DNA of 59,775 nucleotides, filler included, from Bipalium vagum (GCA_037834085.1; 3 parts of 3 records of this genome joined end to end with filler, not necessarily neighbours in it), one strand, 5' to 3'; positions 1 to 26,538 are shown, counted from the whole stretch's first letter. Notes: generated by a model from the sequence alone, not told the origin. Numbers and translations: made by a program.

Positions 1-70
<70 letters not shown>
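1..70. repeat. (AAT)n microsatellite at contig start
   Basis: Pure ATA/AAT trinucleotide run. Confidence 0.98.
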
Positions 71-72
<2 letters not shown>

Positions 73-738
73 TGTACCAGTTCGATTACAATATTTTTCT
101 CTTTGATCAATAGAGAGAAATATCAATGTTAACTGTTTGATGTATTAAAAAAATATAATTTTCAATATTATTATTTTTATTTATGAAATAGACTAAAATA
201 AATCCTAAAATTTAGATTATTATTATTATAATTATTATTATTATTAATATCTATTATTTTTGTTATTTATACAATTATAAGGTGATTTATTTTTTTTAAA
301 AAACGAGAAATATATACTTTTTACTACTCAGTTTTAAAATATCACACATCTTATTTAATTAGTAATCTGAAATCGGATACATTTCATAAGTAATGTAACA
401 TTCTTCTAAAATCTTTTAGTGATTTTACTGATATCTTATTATTAGCACATTTCTTTTTATCATTTTATTTTTGAATTTTTGCTAATATTAAAATGTGAAA
501 ATTTATTTATATAAAATATATATCGATTTATTTAATAAAATTAAGCAAAAATAATCAACAATAATATATATTATATGAATCTATAATGTGAAAAATACTC
601 TTTCCTATTTTGCATTCACTTATTTAAAAAGATTTTCCACAGCTGGTTCAAAGTGAATATTTTTAACAAAAAGGAACACTGTATATACTTAATATAATTT
701 TTCATTACACAAAAAAATTATTTCCATTTTTTGAATAG

Positions 739-15125
<14,387 letters not shown>

Positions 15126-15383
15126 GTATTTTATTACATTAAAAAATAATAATTACAATAATAAAATAATATTAAATAATAATAATAATAATACACAAAT
15201 TAAGAAAGGATTTTATGTGGATAAATTTTTATTTTTCAATTATTATGTCTTTGAGTTCAGGCTGATATCGTATTAGAGCACATTTAATTTGTTTGTTTTT
15301 TTTTGTACTAATTAAATAAAATCAATAATATTTTATAATAAGTATATATTGCTGAGTTTAATATAATTTACCTTTCAAAAATA

Positions 15384-15950
15384 TTATGTGTGCATAAATA
15401 ACCGGAATTTTTTTAAGAAATAATTAAGAAAAAACTAAAGTTAATATTTATTATAGGAATTAAACACATTTTTTGTTAGAAGTATTGTTCATCAGTTGCC
15501 ACTACTTGCTCCCATCTTTCAGGTAGGCTACAGATTCCATTTTGAAAAAATTCCTGATTTTTTGAATCGAGCCATTTGATGGTGTCATCATAAGAACGAA
15601 ACTGCTGGTCACCTAGACTACGCGATATAGAACAGAACAAGTGGTAATCTAAAGAAGTGATATCTTGGGAATTTGGCGGGTGAAGTAAGATTTCCAATCC
15701 AAGGATTTCTATGTATGTAGTAACTAGTTTCGAAACATGCGGACAAGAATTGTCATGTAATAAAATAATTTTTCTCACGCCTTTCAGCATAATATGGTCG
15801 TTTATCCTTTATTGCTTGGTTTAAATGAATCAATTGGAGTTGATAGTGATCTCCTTTGATTGTTTCGTTTGGTTGCAATGAACATTAATGTAGTATGTCT
15901 AACTGATCCCACTCAATGGATAATATAACCTTTTGACCATGAATGTTTAA
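15384..15950 (-). mobile_element. Mariner fragment (3' half, mauritiana/Mos1-like)
   Basis: ORF 15476-15790: LLHDNSCPH, HPPNSQDITSLDYHLF, LPERWEQVVATDEQYF; TIR-like TA|TTATGTGTGCATAAATAACCGG at 15384. Confidence 0.85.
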
Positions 15951-16598
15951 TTAATTTATTGAGTTCACATTTATTTTACCTTAAAATAATATTCGATATT
16001 TGTACATGTTATTTAATTATTGAAAAATCGAAGAGAATGTTAAAATATTACTTTTGGCAAACTAAAATTTGAAAAAGAAATTCTGCAATTTGTAAATTAT
16101 TTAACATATCTGCTTGACTTGACTTGATATGAGCAAAGCTTAGGGACTGTTTTTTAAAGCTTGTTCTATAGTTTATTTCGTAATCTTAGCTACATCATAA
16201 TTATTGCAAATTTGTATCAATAAAAAACAAAATGTTAAAATTTATTTAAATGTTTTATATTTTTTACTAAATTTTATTTAATAAAACTTATAAATCAATT
16301 TGGGTAAAAATCCGTATCAAAAATACTCGCAGTAAGTATTTATATAAGATAATTACTTCAAACTGCTAAATAAATAGAAAAGTTATTTTATTATGAAATC
16401 TTTTAAATAAGCATATTATTAAACAGTCCAAGGAAATATTTTATTGATAATGATTTGATTTTTTGAACAAATTATTATTACTAAGAGAAAATCATTAATT
16501 TAGTTTTTGAAAGACAGGCATTGTTTTTTTGACAAATGACTACGGTTACAGAGAAATCAGGCAATTAATTAACAGAAGTAATAAGGTTTTAGCACTTA

Positions 16599-17501
16599 TC
16601 AGGTCAGTCCATAAATTCGTGCGTATTGCATTATATCTTTGATTCTTCATTAAAAAAATTAATCAGACTTAAATAAAACTTGTTTAAATAAATCATTTTT
16701 AATCTTCGATCACTTGGTAAGGATTTGATTAAATTTTTAATCACCAGACTATAATAAATACTTTTAGAATGGAAATTACCAATGAATACAAACGGCATAT
16801 TCTGCACTTGTTGTTTATGAGTGGGAAAAATGCAAGTACTACATCAAAGAAAATTAATGCAGTTCATGATGAAAATATAGTCAGTATAAGGATGGCACAA
16901 AAATGGTACAAAGATTTTAAAGATGGGAAAAACAATGTTAGCGATGAACCACATTCAGGATGCCATGTCAAGTTCCAGAATGATGCTCTGAATTCTGTTT
17001 TGGATTCCGAACCGGAACTAACAGTGGATGAAATTTCAAGAAGACTTAAATCGTCTCATGGCACCATATTCCGACACTTAAAAGAAATAGGCAAGGTATC
17101 CAAGCTGGGAGTGGGTAGATGCAGATAGGCCGGCCTCACCAAAAGCAATAGCAGGATTGCACCCGAAGAAGATCCTTATGTCTCTCTGGTGGGACATGTA
17201 TGGTGTCATTCATTGGGAATTATTAGATCCCAATAGAACAATCAATGCAGAATTATATTGTCAAAAACTATCACGTTTGCATTTAGCCTTAATTGAAAAA
17301 CGTCCAAAATTAGCGACTAGACGACAAATTTTATTCCATCACGATAATGCTCGACCACACTCGGCAAAGATAACTAAAATTAAAGATTTTAATTGGGAAC
17401 TTCTTCCGCGTCCACCTTATTCCTCAGACATTTCCCCTAGTGATTTTCATTTATTTTTGTCATTTCAAAATTTTTTGTCTGGGAAAATATTTAAAACAAA
17501 A
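16599..17501 (+). mobile_element. Mariner DD34D element with an internal deletion, cut by the contig end
   Basis: TA|TCAGGTCAGTCCATAAATTCGTGCG TIR. ORF 16769-17128 gives the HTH region to GKVSKLG. ORF 17157 onward gives HPKKILMSLWWD, HHDNARPH, PPYSSDISPSDFHLF. The WVPH-to-TGDEKW segment is missing. Confidence 0.92.
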
Positions 17502-17601
17502 NNNNNNNNNNNNNNNNNNNNNNNNNNNNNNNNNNNNNNNNNNNNTTAATTAATTAANNNNNNNNNNNNNNNNNNNNNNNNNNNNNNNNNNNNNNNNNNN
17601 N
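17502..17601. other. Artificial contig spacer (44 N + TTAATTAATTAA + 44 N)
   Basis: Exactly 100 nt with a six-frame stop linker at 17546-17557; identical copy at 40585-40684. Confidence 0.97.

Positions 17602-17671
<70 letters not shown>
17602..17671. repeat. (AAT)n microsatellite at contig start
   Basis: Pure trinucleotide run; source of the spurious poly-Tyr ORF. Confidence 0.97.
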
Positions 17672-17672
<1 letters not shown>

Positions 17673-17859
17673 TCATTGGTATATTATATTTCTTTCTATC
17701 ATATGCCGTTCTTGTATCGAAATTACAAGACAGTTTTTTATGTATATTCATATACCTTATTTTGAAATAACAATTTAACGCCATATAGAGTTTGATAATT
17801 TGGTTAATGACAAAGGTTATTCGTTTTCGAAAAAATCAAAATGTTGAATGCCAAATATG

Positions 17860-18400
17860 AAAAGTAAATTATAAAATAAATTTAAAGAGGACATCTGGAA
17901 AAAGAGGAAATCTGGTCGACTGTTCAATTTTGACATAGGGAATTCAAGAAATGGTTAGGTAATCAATCAATCTTATCAACTAGGTATGACTGTGTGAAAT
18001 GCCATCAGAAAATGGGATTTCACTCACTTGTCAATGGTGAACCATTTCTTAAGATGTTGACCAACTTTTTTGGCTTAAAGTAAAGGATCATGAGTATTTA
18101 CGATAGTGGCATCAGTATTAGTATATGGTAGGAAACTAACTGGACAGAAATTTTCTGGATTGGAAGTCTAGGTTCAGTTGAGTGATCTCCTCTTTTATTT
18201 GACCTATCTATACTAGACGTTTTCTTGCTGTGTTATCTAAAGTACTTTGTGCAAAGAGACAGATCTATCATCAGCATGCTTAAAGAGGGCATCAATTATG
18301 CTTTTAATGACTTAGAAATTGGAATGCTGAAGCGACCAAGCCTAAATGTAGTGTCTCGATTACCTAACATTGTCTAACTATAAACTGTTGTCAGATTGTA
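17860..18400 (+). mobile_element. Degenerate DD41D/rosa-type (Tc1/mariner superfamily) transposase fragment
   Basis: WIGSLGSVE*SPLLFDLSILDVFLLCYLKYFV at ~18155-18250 resembles WIGRRGPxEWPPRSPDLTPLDFFLWGYLK. Confidence 0.65.
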
Positions 18401-18615
18401 TAATCAAATTTTGTACATTTCTTTTCAACGAATGTTATCTCAAAACAAAGTATCACTGACTTCATAAATTTGTTGCTTATTCGTTTATATAAAATGAAAG
18501 CTTGCACAGATAAAAAGTACTATTTAATTTTTCTTTTAAATTATGAACATATATTCAAATTATATTATATTATTATTAATTATTAATAATACTTAACTAT
18601 TAACATATTTTGCAG

Positions 18616-19119
18616 AAAGATTTATCAGAATTTAATGTGGAAAATTGGCAGCTTTCACACAAGGATTATGGGGAAAAACTGTATAATTTCTTAATGGACA
18701 AATATAGAAACAGATTGTGGCAAGTCATTGTCTATGATCCACTGGATAGTAGTACAGATCATGCATATAAAATATGCGATGGAAAGGTTCAAATGCGATT
18801 TAGAGGACATAATATTCTCGTAAGCAGCTTACCTGCAGTACGTAGACCTTTCTTAATGAATTATTTTGAAAATACCTGCAAAACTATACCCAAAAAACTT
18901 GGTTTTAGAATTACAGGTCCAGCTCAACACGTTTTAACGAAATATGTTGAATTGAAAATAAACTGTTTGTATGCTAATCAACTCGCACTAGTGATCCGAT
19001 CGAAGTCACCTAAATTTTACATGGGTCCACTTGGTCGTGTTTTTAACTGTCGATGGTCAGGCTATTATAATAGAGTTGTTAATATCCATAAAACCTTTGA
19101 TATAATTATTATGGGATAA
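18616..19119 (+). CDS. Rapunzel-like secreted protein family, paralog A (terminal exon only; upstream exons not on the contig)
   Basis: Acceptor ttttgcag at 18615, then an open 504-nt exon to TAA. 115/167 aa identical (hand count) to exon 4 of paralog B, which has the same length. Confidence 0.9.
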   Translation, partial: KDLSEFNVENWQLSHKDYGEKLYNFLMDKYRNRLWQVIVYDPLDSSTDHAYKICDGKVQMRFRGHNILVSSLPAVRRPFLMNYFENTCKTIPKKLGFRITGPAQHVLTKYVELKINCLYANQLALVIRSKSPKFYMGPLGRVFNCRWSGYYNRVVNIHKTFDIIIMG

Positions 19120-19429
19120 TGACTCAAGGAACTATTTATGAAATATTTTTTGATATATCAGTATTTTAAGTTCCTTATATTATTTAAATATTAATAATTT
19201 AAATGAAAATAAATCAAGTTTATCATTAAATTTGAGAGTTTTAATATCATAATAAATTTTTTTAAAAAAATACTTGATATCGAAATTTATATAGGATTTT
19301 AAAAAAATTTATTAATAATTTAATAATTAATTATTTAACATTTATTAAAAAAATCTAATTATGCAAATATGTACATGCATAAATATATTGAAAAATATTT
19401 ATTAACACATACATTTAACAAGAGAATGT

Positions 19430-19980
19430 TTTATTTAAATTTTTGTCTTGATAATGCCATATCAATATATTTTTGTATATTCCTGTGCCAATGGAATATA
19501 TTATATTAAATCATTTCTAGTATGAGATAAGTTCACTCCTGTTTCATCTAAAAATAAGAGATTTCTATCATCAATGTATTATATTTCTCTTCCATAACTT
19601 TGGCAAGCATTTATATTCTTTTTCACTGTTTCTAACTTCTATAATTTTCAATAGTCTTTTAGTCTATATTCTATATCTTTCAGAGTTCTGGATATGGTGC
19701 TTTAACTTTTTTTTATACCACTGATTTTAAAATTTTGGATAGATTATTCTTTATTTCTAAATTCATAATCTTTTTTCTTCCTTTCATAGGACCTATAATT
19801 TGTTCATCGGTTCATTCTTTGGTAATTTTATCCACTAAAGAATATGTAGCTGGAAGACAAATATCGGCATTTTCAGAAATATATTTAACAGAAAAAAATT
19901 GCTGAAATCTTTTCTTATCCGTTTAATAATATCCAAAGTATAATAGGTTGTCTATTTTTCTTTAATTGAGTATTATCCAT
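19430..19980 (-). mobile_element. Highly degenerate pogo/CENP-B-like transposase remnant
   Basis: Minus-strand KKVKAPYPEL motif resembling the CENP-B HTH linker; many stops. Confidence 0.3.
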
Positions 19981-20479
19981 ATTATCCTTATTATTTAAAT
20001 TCGTTGTAAATTTGTAATATGCAAACAAAACTACGTATTTCATATAGTTATGACATATTTATGAATAGTTTTTAATATATTTATGCATAAATCTATAAAT
20101 ATCTTAGTAATAAAAAGAATGAAGGTTGGAAAAAACAGAAAAAAATAAAAAGAAGGTTAAGCTCAAATTTTTTTAGGCCATAAAAATTAAGGTTTCAATC
20201 CAGTGTAATTAAAAATAAAAAATTCCATAATTAAATTATTTCAATTATTAATTGTTGTTACAGTTCTTAATTGTTATTAGTGTAGCACATTTATCAGTGC
20301 TTTTGCGCAAAACGTTAGAGGAAATCTGGATAAAAAAGTTAAGGGACACTGATGAAATACTAGACATAAAAGTCAGATCTATAAAAAACAAAAATAGGAA
20401 CAAAGAAGTGAGAAAGTAGCTGTTCAAAATATCAATAATATGTTTATACACCTTATAACTAAGTCTTCCAGAAATAATG

Positions 20480-21120
20480 AAGTCAACCAAAAAAATTCTT
20501 AAAAATACATTTACATTTATAGAACTCATTTCTGCCGTTCCCATTGACGTAATATTGCGAACAGTTATCCTTTATATCATCCATTGAAACAAATTTATGT
20601 TCTCGCATATGTTTCTTCAGATGATTGAACAACCAAAAATCACTTAGTGCAACATCTGGACTGTATAATGGATGATCCAGTTGCACAAACCAAGCCTTTG
20701 TTAATGTTTTTTGGTCTCTTGGAAATGTCAATAGGATCGTTATTATGGATCATAGAAACTCCTGGCTTGCGTCGGATGATTTTGAATTCAAGAATGAGAT
20801 TATTGTAGTAATTCGAGTTTAAAATTTTCTTCGTAAAATTTAGCTTCAATATAATATTTCTATACCAAAAAAAATTTAACATAGCACATTTACGATGCGA
20901 AATTCTAGGACTCAAGACCTTGGATTACTTCTCATTATCGATAACCCATTCCTTTTTCTCTCTTTTAGATTAAGGAAAGTAGACAAATGATGTCTCGTCT
21001 GTAGTTATCATATCTGATAAAAATTGGTCACACTGCATCCAGCAGACGAAGATTTTTTAAGTCAACTTTTCTCAAGTCATTATCTCAGCTGTTAAAATTT
21101 CGGCACGAACTTGCTACAGA
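20480..21120 (-). mobile_element. Degenerate mariner
   Basis: LDHPLYSPDVALSDFWLFNHLKKHMREHKF; MIHNND (HDNA-like). Confidence 0.8.
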
Positions 21121-21653
21121 GCTTTTTGATTCTAATTTGGTCGTTTTTTTTAATAATTAAATCAAATAATTTATAATTATAACGATGAAATCAAATATTT
21201 TTATAAATTTTGTGTACTACATTTTTTCTAATTTTTTTTTAAATAATTTTTTTAATAAAAATGACTGATACTTCAGAATAAGTAATTTAGAATATTACCA
21301 ATATAGAAAATCTAAAGATTGTATAAGTAAACAGTGAGAAATTCTAAAATACTTTGATGATATATATCTTTGTATAATCTTCACATCTTATTATTTACTA
21401 CATTTACATTACTTTTACGTGCTCTGCAAAAAGAAAATATATACTTAACCTCTTTATGCAAGAATCACTAAACAATGATAATAGTCAAAGCCTATTTGAA
21501 CATATATCTAAACACTCTAGAACTATTGAATAAAAGCCTTCATTTACCATTTTGAAGGTTATATTTGAAGTAAAATATTTAAACAAATATTAAATTTTTC
21601 TATAATAGATATATATAATTTTTATAAACAACAAACTTTATTCAAACATCAAA

Positions 21654-21832
21654 GATGACCGGTATTGGTAGGTAAGTCATATTGAAAAATTTTCTCATTA
21701 ATTAAATGATTGTACGAGCATCTTAGTAAAATACATTAACTTACAGACCATCGCAATAAAAATTTCTACATGAATTTCAGGATTAAATTATAGAAACGGT
21801 CATTTTACCGACCTTGGTAGGTCTAGTGTTAA
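21654..21832. mobile_element. piggyBac-like terminus (solo end)
   Basis: ...ACCGACCTTGGTAGGTCTAGTG|TTAA (TTAA at 21829-21832) with a subterminal near-repeat ACCGGTATTGGTAGGT at ~21658. Confidence 0.45.
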
Positions 21833-21843
21833 ATTACTTACAA

Positions 21844-22551
21844 CAAAACATGTCAAACTCAGAGTCCCGCGACGGCCATATGAATCAGTTTGTGGTATCA
21901 TGAGGGCCGCACTTCTACAATATATAAAGTTGTTAAATAAATATTTTTTCAGAATGATTCGTTTACTGTTAATTTAAAAATATCCAATGGTTTGGTCATA
22001 TACAAGAATGCAAACACATAAGTGCATGTAGTTTAACAAAAAATATTCAAAGGAAATTGATATGAGACATAAAATTTTTCTTTATTTTAATATAACAAGG
22101 AGGAGATAAAAGCCACAATTTCATATTAAAATCTTAGGCTTTACAAATCACTTTGACTTTGTTTGAGAGGCGTCAAAATAAGATGCACTTTTGCTTGTGC
22201 TTAGTATTAAATCCCAGTGGTAACTGTTTTCAACTCAATTGACGAATATTAAAACGTTATCGGTGACTAGACTTAAAATTTTAAATCGTTAACGTCTGCA
22301 TTGAGGTCAGTGCTATAATTTGCAACAAAAGATTTTTCATTTTTGTTCACTTAAGACTTTAAAAAAGTAAGATTTAGTTTAGGGTTGGCCATATTAGGCA
22401 AGCTTCACATAGAAAGGCCCATATGGCAGGAAATGCTTCATATATTGATCTTTCCCTTTTTTCTCTCTTTCCCTTTTTCTCGTCCGTGGAGCGGCAAATA
22501 TACTTGCAATGGGCTGCATACGCCCCGCAAACCACATGTTTGACATCCCTG
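21844..22551. mobile_element. Non-autonomous hAT element (Buster/Charlie type)
   Basis: Perfect 8-bp TSD ACTTACAA (21836-21843 and 22552-22559, central TA). TIRs CAAAACATGTCAAAC and CAGGGATGTCAAAC. GC-rich subterminal CCCGCG/GGGCCGC motifs. Confidence 0.85.
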
Positions 22552-22719
22552 ACTTACAACATTATTTAAATATTGTTTTATGAAATAAACACTTTTGAAT
22601 TTGACATTTTTTGCTTTATAAAATACATCTATTTTAGGCAGAATGTTAAAAAAAAAGAAAATATATACTGTCATTTATTAATAAAAATAAATTCAATTTT
22701 TTGATTTTTTCCTTTTAAA

Positions 22720-22800
22720 ATTTTATTCGTCTAATCCAAAATTCGTGTAATCCGAATTTTTTTATGGTCCCCTGGAATTCGGATTAGGCGAACTCTACTG
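22720..22800. mobile_element. Tigger/pogo-type MITE terminus
   Basis: Ends TTCGGATTAGGCGAACTCTACTG|TA, with internal TAATCCGAA/TTCGGATTA inverted motifs; no partner end found. Confidence 0.55.
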
Positions 22801-24079
22801 TAATTATATTGTGCTATAATTAATGAATAACATTCCCGGATTTATTCAAAGATCCGATAATACTATGGTCAATTAACTTAGTAGATTTTATGAAAATTAT
22901 GGAATAACGAAAAATAAATTATATCCAATTGGAATTAATAAATTAATTAAAATTATAAATAATGAGAAAATGTAACAATTAAACCATTTCAAGTAATTAT
23001 TAAAAACTTAAATTTCTTTTCATATTCTTTTACAAAATACTTTGCTTCTATTTTTTGAAAACCATATTTCCAACGATCAATTTTAGTAATTTTTTTGTCA
23101 TGATTCCTTTTCTTAGAGACTTTAAAATTTTTTAATTAAAAAATTTTTTTGATATTTTGGATTTTTGTATTAAAATTAAATTTTGAAAAAATAAAATGAT
23201 AGATTTAAAATAATGCAAAATATTTTCTAATAATATATTTCATCATAAAATTAAAATTCTATTTAATTAATTAAAGAATCCAATGAACATTGGTCTATTT
23301 AAATGTTTACGTTTTTATGTATACATTGCCCCAAATAGAGCTTTGAAAAAAAATCAAGATATATAAATATATAAAGGATACTGAAATCTGTTTCTGAATT
23401 ATTTTGTTTTTCCTCTTTGAATATTATTATATTGTATTATTTTTCAGGTTTACCTTGGAAATTTGATAGGTTTTTGTAAGAGTGGCCACGGCTTATATAC
23501 GGGATTATACGGTATATGAAATTTATCAGAATAATTTCCTAAAGGAAATGTATGGAAAATGATTATTTATGATATCGTTATGGATTATCTCTCGAAAAAC
23601 ATCTGAATATTTTACTTTACATTTTTAATTAAGTTTATCTATGTTTTATTATGTTTTACTAAAGCTTTTCAATTATTATAACAGTACATTAATAAATACC
23701 TTAATTAGTATTTTAAATAATATTTAAATGATATTTTTATTACTTAGACTAAAATTCAAATTATGGTTTCTTTTTTTTTAATTTATTTTGTAAAAAAATA
23801 TTTAATTTTTTGTTCACAATTTTGATTTTTTTACTTTTTTATTTTTAAAATCGATTCTAAATTGATTCTAAATTTACCTTTTGTTAGAAATTGATGTAAA
23901 TTTATATTTTGAAATAAATAAATAATAATATTTTTGTTTTTTCAATTAATTCTTTGAAAATTAAAAGTAATTTTACTTTTAATATAATTTAACTTCTTTA
24001 ATCAAATTTTTCTTGATTTAAAACTTTATACTTAGAACAAATCAATATATGTATTTTTTTGCAAACAATTTCATCATCT

Positions 24080-26084
24080 TCACCCCATTATAATGATGTC
24101 AAAGGTTTTATGTATGTTAATAACTTTATTATAATATCCCGACCATTGACAGTCAAAAACACGACCCACAGGGCCAATGGAATATTTAGGCGATTTCGAT
24201 CGAATTACAACTGCCAGTTGATTATAATGCATACAGTCCATTCTTACTTGAACAAATCTGTATAAAACATGATGAGCTGGACCAAAGGTTCGAAAACCAA
24301 GTTTTTTCGGGATAAAGCTGCAAAGATCATTAAATCTAGCCTTGTTAAAAGGTTTAGCGTCAACAGGCAAACTGCTTACAAGAACATTATGTCCTCTTTT
24401 ATTCATTTGCACAGTTCCTTTGCATATTTTATATGCATGATCTGTATCACTATCCAGCGGGTCATAAACCACAACTTGCCACAGTCTGTTGCTATATTTT
24501 TCTATTAAGAATGTATATAATTTTTCAGCATAATCTTTGTGTGAGAGGTGTCCATTTTCTACGTTAAATTCTTCTAAATCTATCTGAAATCAAATTCCAA
24601 TAATTAAATAAATAATATTTGATTACTATAAGTGTAAATAAATTGAAAGCTTACGGAAGATTGCTCTTCCCATCGTTCTAAAACCTGTTCCGCAGTTACC
24701 TTCATAAGACTTGTAAGATTATTTAGCCTTTCTTCCCATTTCACTTTCCAAATTTGTTCGAATTCACTAAAGTTCTTCAAATTAATGTAAAATGTTTCCA
24801 CCTCAAGACATTTCAAAATCAGCTTTAAATTTCCCATGAAGAACTTTTCAATTCGGTATCGATGATCTTTGGTATACTTTCTGATTGCTAAAATAATGAC
24901 AATATTTATACTTTTTATACGAAATGGAGTGGACAAATATTGTTCAGCCTTAAATCTGTTTCCTGTCTTGGTAAATTAACAAGAAAAATTCCGAAATTAA
25001 TAATAATAATAACAATATTATTATTAACATTATTATTACTTATTATTATTATTATATTTTAATGTATTATCATATGCTTTTTAATTGCTTATTATATTAT
25101 TATTATTAAGATAGAACGATTTTGTTTAAATATTGTGCATATAAACAACACTCTTGCATCAAATGTTAATTTAATATAAAATCCCAATCTTGCTTACCAA
25201 CAATGAGGTTTTCCGAAAAAACCATGTTCTGGTTGACAAATCCTAGGAAGATATTCTCAGCAGCATTATCGTATAAGTGATCGTAGTTCAAAAGAAACTT
25301 TTTTATTTCGATGTGCCTAACGGACGGAGGTGATTCTGTGATGGACTGAATGAAGTGCTTAAGGATATTTACATTCAACTCGTGTTTGCCATATTGAATC
25401 TGTAAATAATGGAGAAATAAATGGGAGACCAAAATTTTATTTTCCACATTATTTCTAAATGAATAAAATTAAAAACGTAAATTTTAGAAAATCTTTATAA
25501 CAATTATCAGTATTATTATTAATTATTTTATTATTATTATTTATTATTATTATTTATTATTATTATTTATTATTATTATTTATTACCTTTTTCAAAATTT
25601 ATATATATATAATATTATACAATCAATACTATCATAATACTAATATATAATATAATTAATATAATATAATCTAATATAATTAAATGGGTAATAAGATTGA
25701 GCTCTTAATGATAAGATGTTTATCGAACCAAATTACCTTAATGACATTCCAATCTATTAACTTTTTTACATCTTCAAAGCTCTTATCAACGAAGTCCATC
25801 TTATCATTAATTATTTGGAACTGATCTTTCATAAATGTAAGTTCTTTGGATTCAGATTCGACCTGGCTCAGAAAGACTTTTGCAAATTTTCCAATTGAGC
25901 TTATTAGTGGCATACCCCATTTTGCAATGCCTTTACTGGTTTCAACTAGGTCACCATCATCGATGTGTTCAAAAACCTCAATTGCGTTTTCGAAGATTTC
26001 TTTGGTTGTTTCCATTGTCTCCTTAACATCTACAGCCGTAGAGGAGAGAATAAGGAACATCCATACTATTAACCATGTAAACAT
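24080..26084 (-). CDS. Rapunzel-like secreted protein, paralog B (4 exons, 428 aa)
   Basis: Exons 26084-25737 (348 nt), 25399-25198 (202), 24887-24655 (233), 24583-24080 (504). All GT-AG, phases 0/1/0, open through TGA. Hydrophobic signal peptide MFTWLIVWMFLILSSTA. Motifs ESKELTFMKDQFQIINDKMD, KYTKDHRYRIEKF, LYTFLIEKYSNRLWQVVVY, NVLVS. Confidence 0.92.
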
Positions 26085-26129
26085 AGCGGAATTTTGGAAT
26101 AAAAGTGAAGGATTTTACCGACTTTTATA

Positions 26130-26238
26130 TTTATATATTAATTGAATTGAGAACCTCGAATCTGTGTGTCAAGTTAATTAAAGCTGCCGAATTATGGACC
26201 ACCTGTTTTGAGCATTCTGAATACATTGCATCCACCTG
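26130..26238 (-). promoter_or_regulatory. Putative proximal promoter of paralog B
   Basis: TATATAAA (26137-26130), TTCTCAA (26153-26147), two CAGGTG E-boxes (26200-26205, 26233-26238); similar motifs upstream of paralogs C and D. Confidence 0.5.
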
Positions 26239-26534
26239 CTCGTAAGTGTTGATCAATCTGTTAAATAAAATCAAGCCTACATGTCTAGCAACGAGGATAA
26301 TATATTGAGAGAAGTTAAATGTTTAAAGTGAGAAAAACATGGTACACATGTTGGATATTTATATTTTTTTAAAAAATTTCATTACAGAAAGATTACATAT
26401 CCTTTGAAATACCTGGAACGTTTTAATTTTTCAGGTTAAAATTTAAAAATAGGATCTGATTTTAATTTACAAATTCAAAATTCTATTTAATTTTAATTTA
26501 AATTAATTGTGATATTTAATTTTTTAATAGTAAT

Positions 26535-26538
<4 letters not shown>

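Noticed and set aside
15126-17501. MAP4K gene truncated or pseudogenised by mariner insertions
   Set aside because: The last exon has a normal donor and the contig simply ends; the remaining exons are probably on another contig.
17546-17557. TTAATTAATTAA palindrome as a biological site
   Set aside because: Centred in exactly 44+44 Ns twice; an assembly linker.
17554-17784. Poly-Tyr ORF
   Set aside because: Translation of the (AAT)n run and the N spacer.
24059-24508. Plus-strand ORFs 24059-24265 and 24269-24508 (also 25846-26145, 35022-35252, 39779-40123)
   Set aside because: Antisense shadows of the real minus-strand exons.
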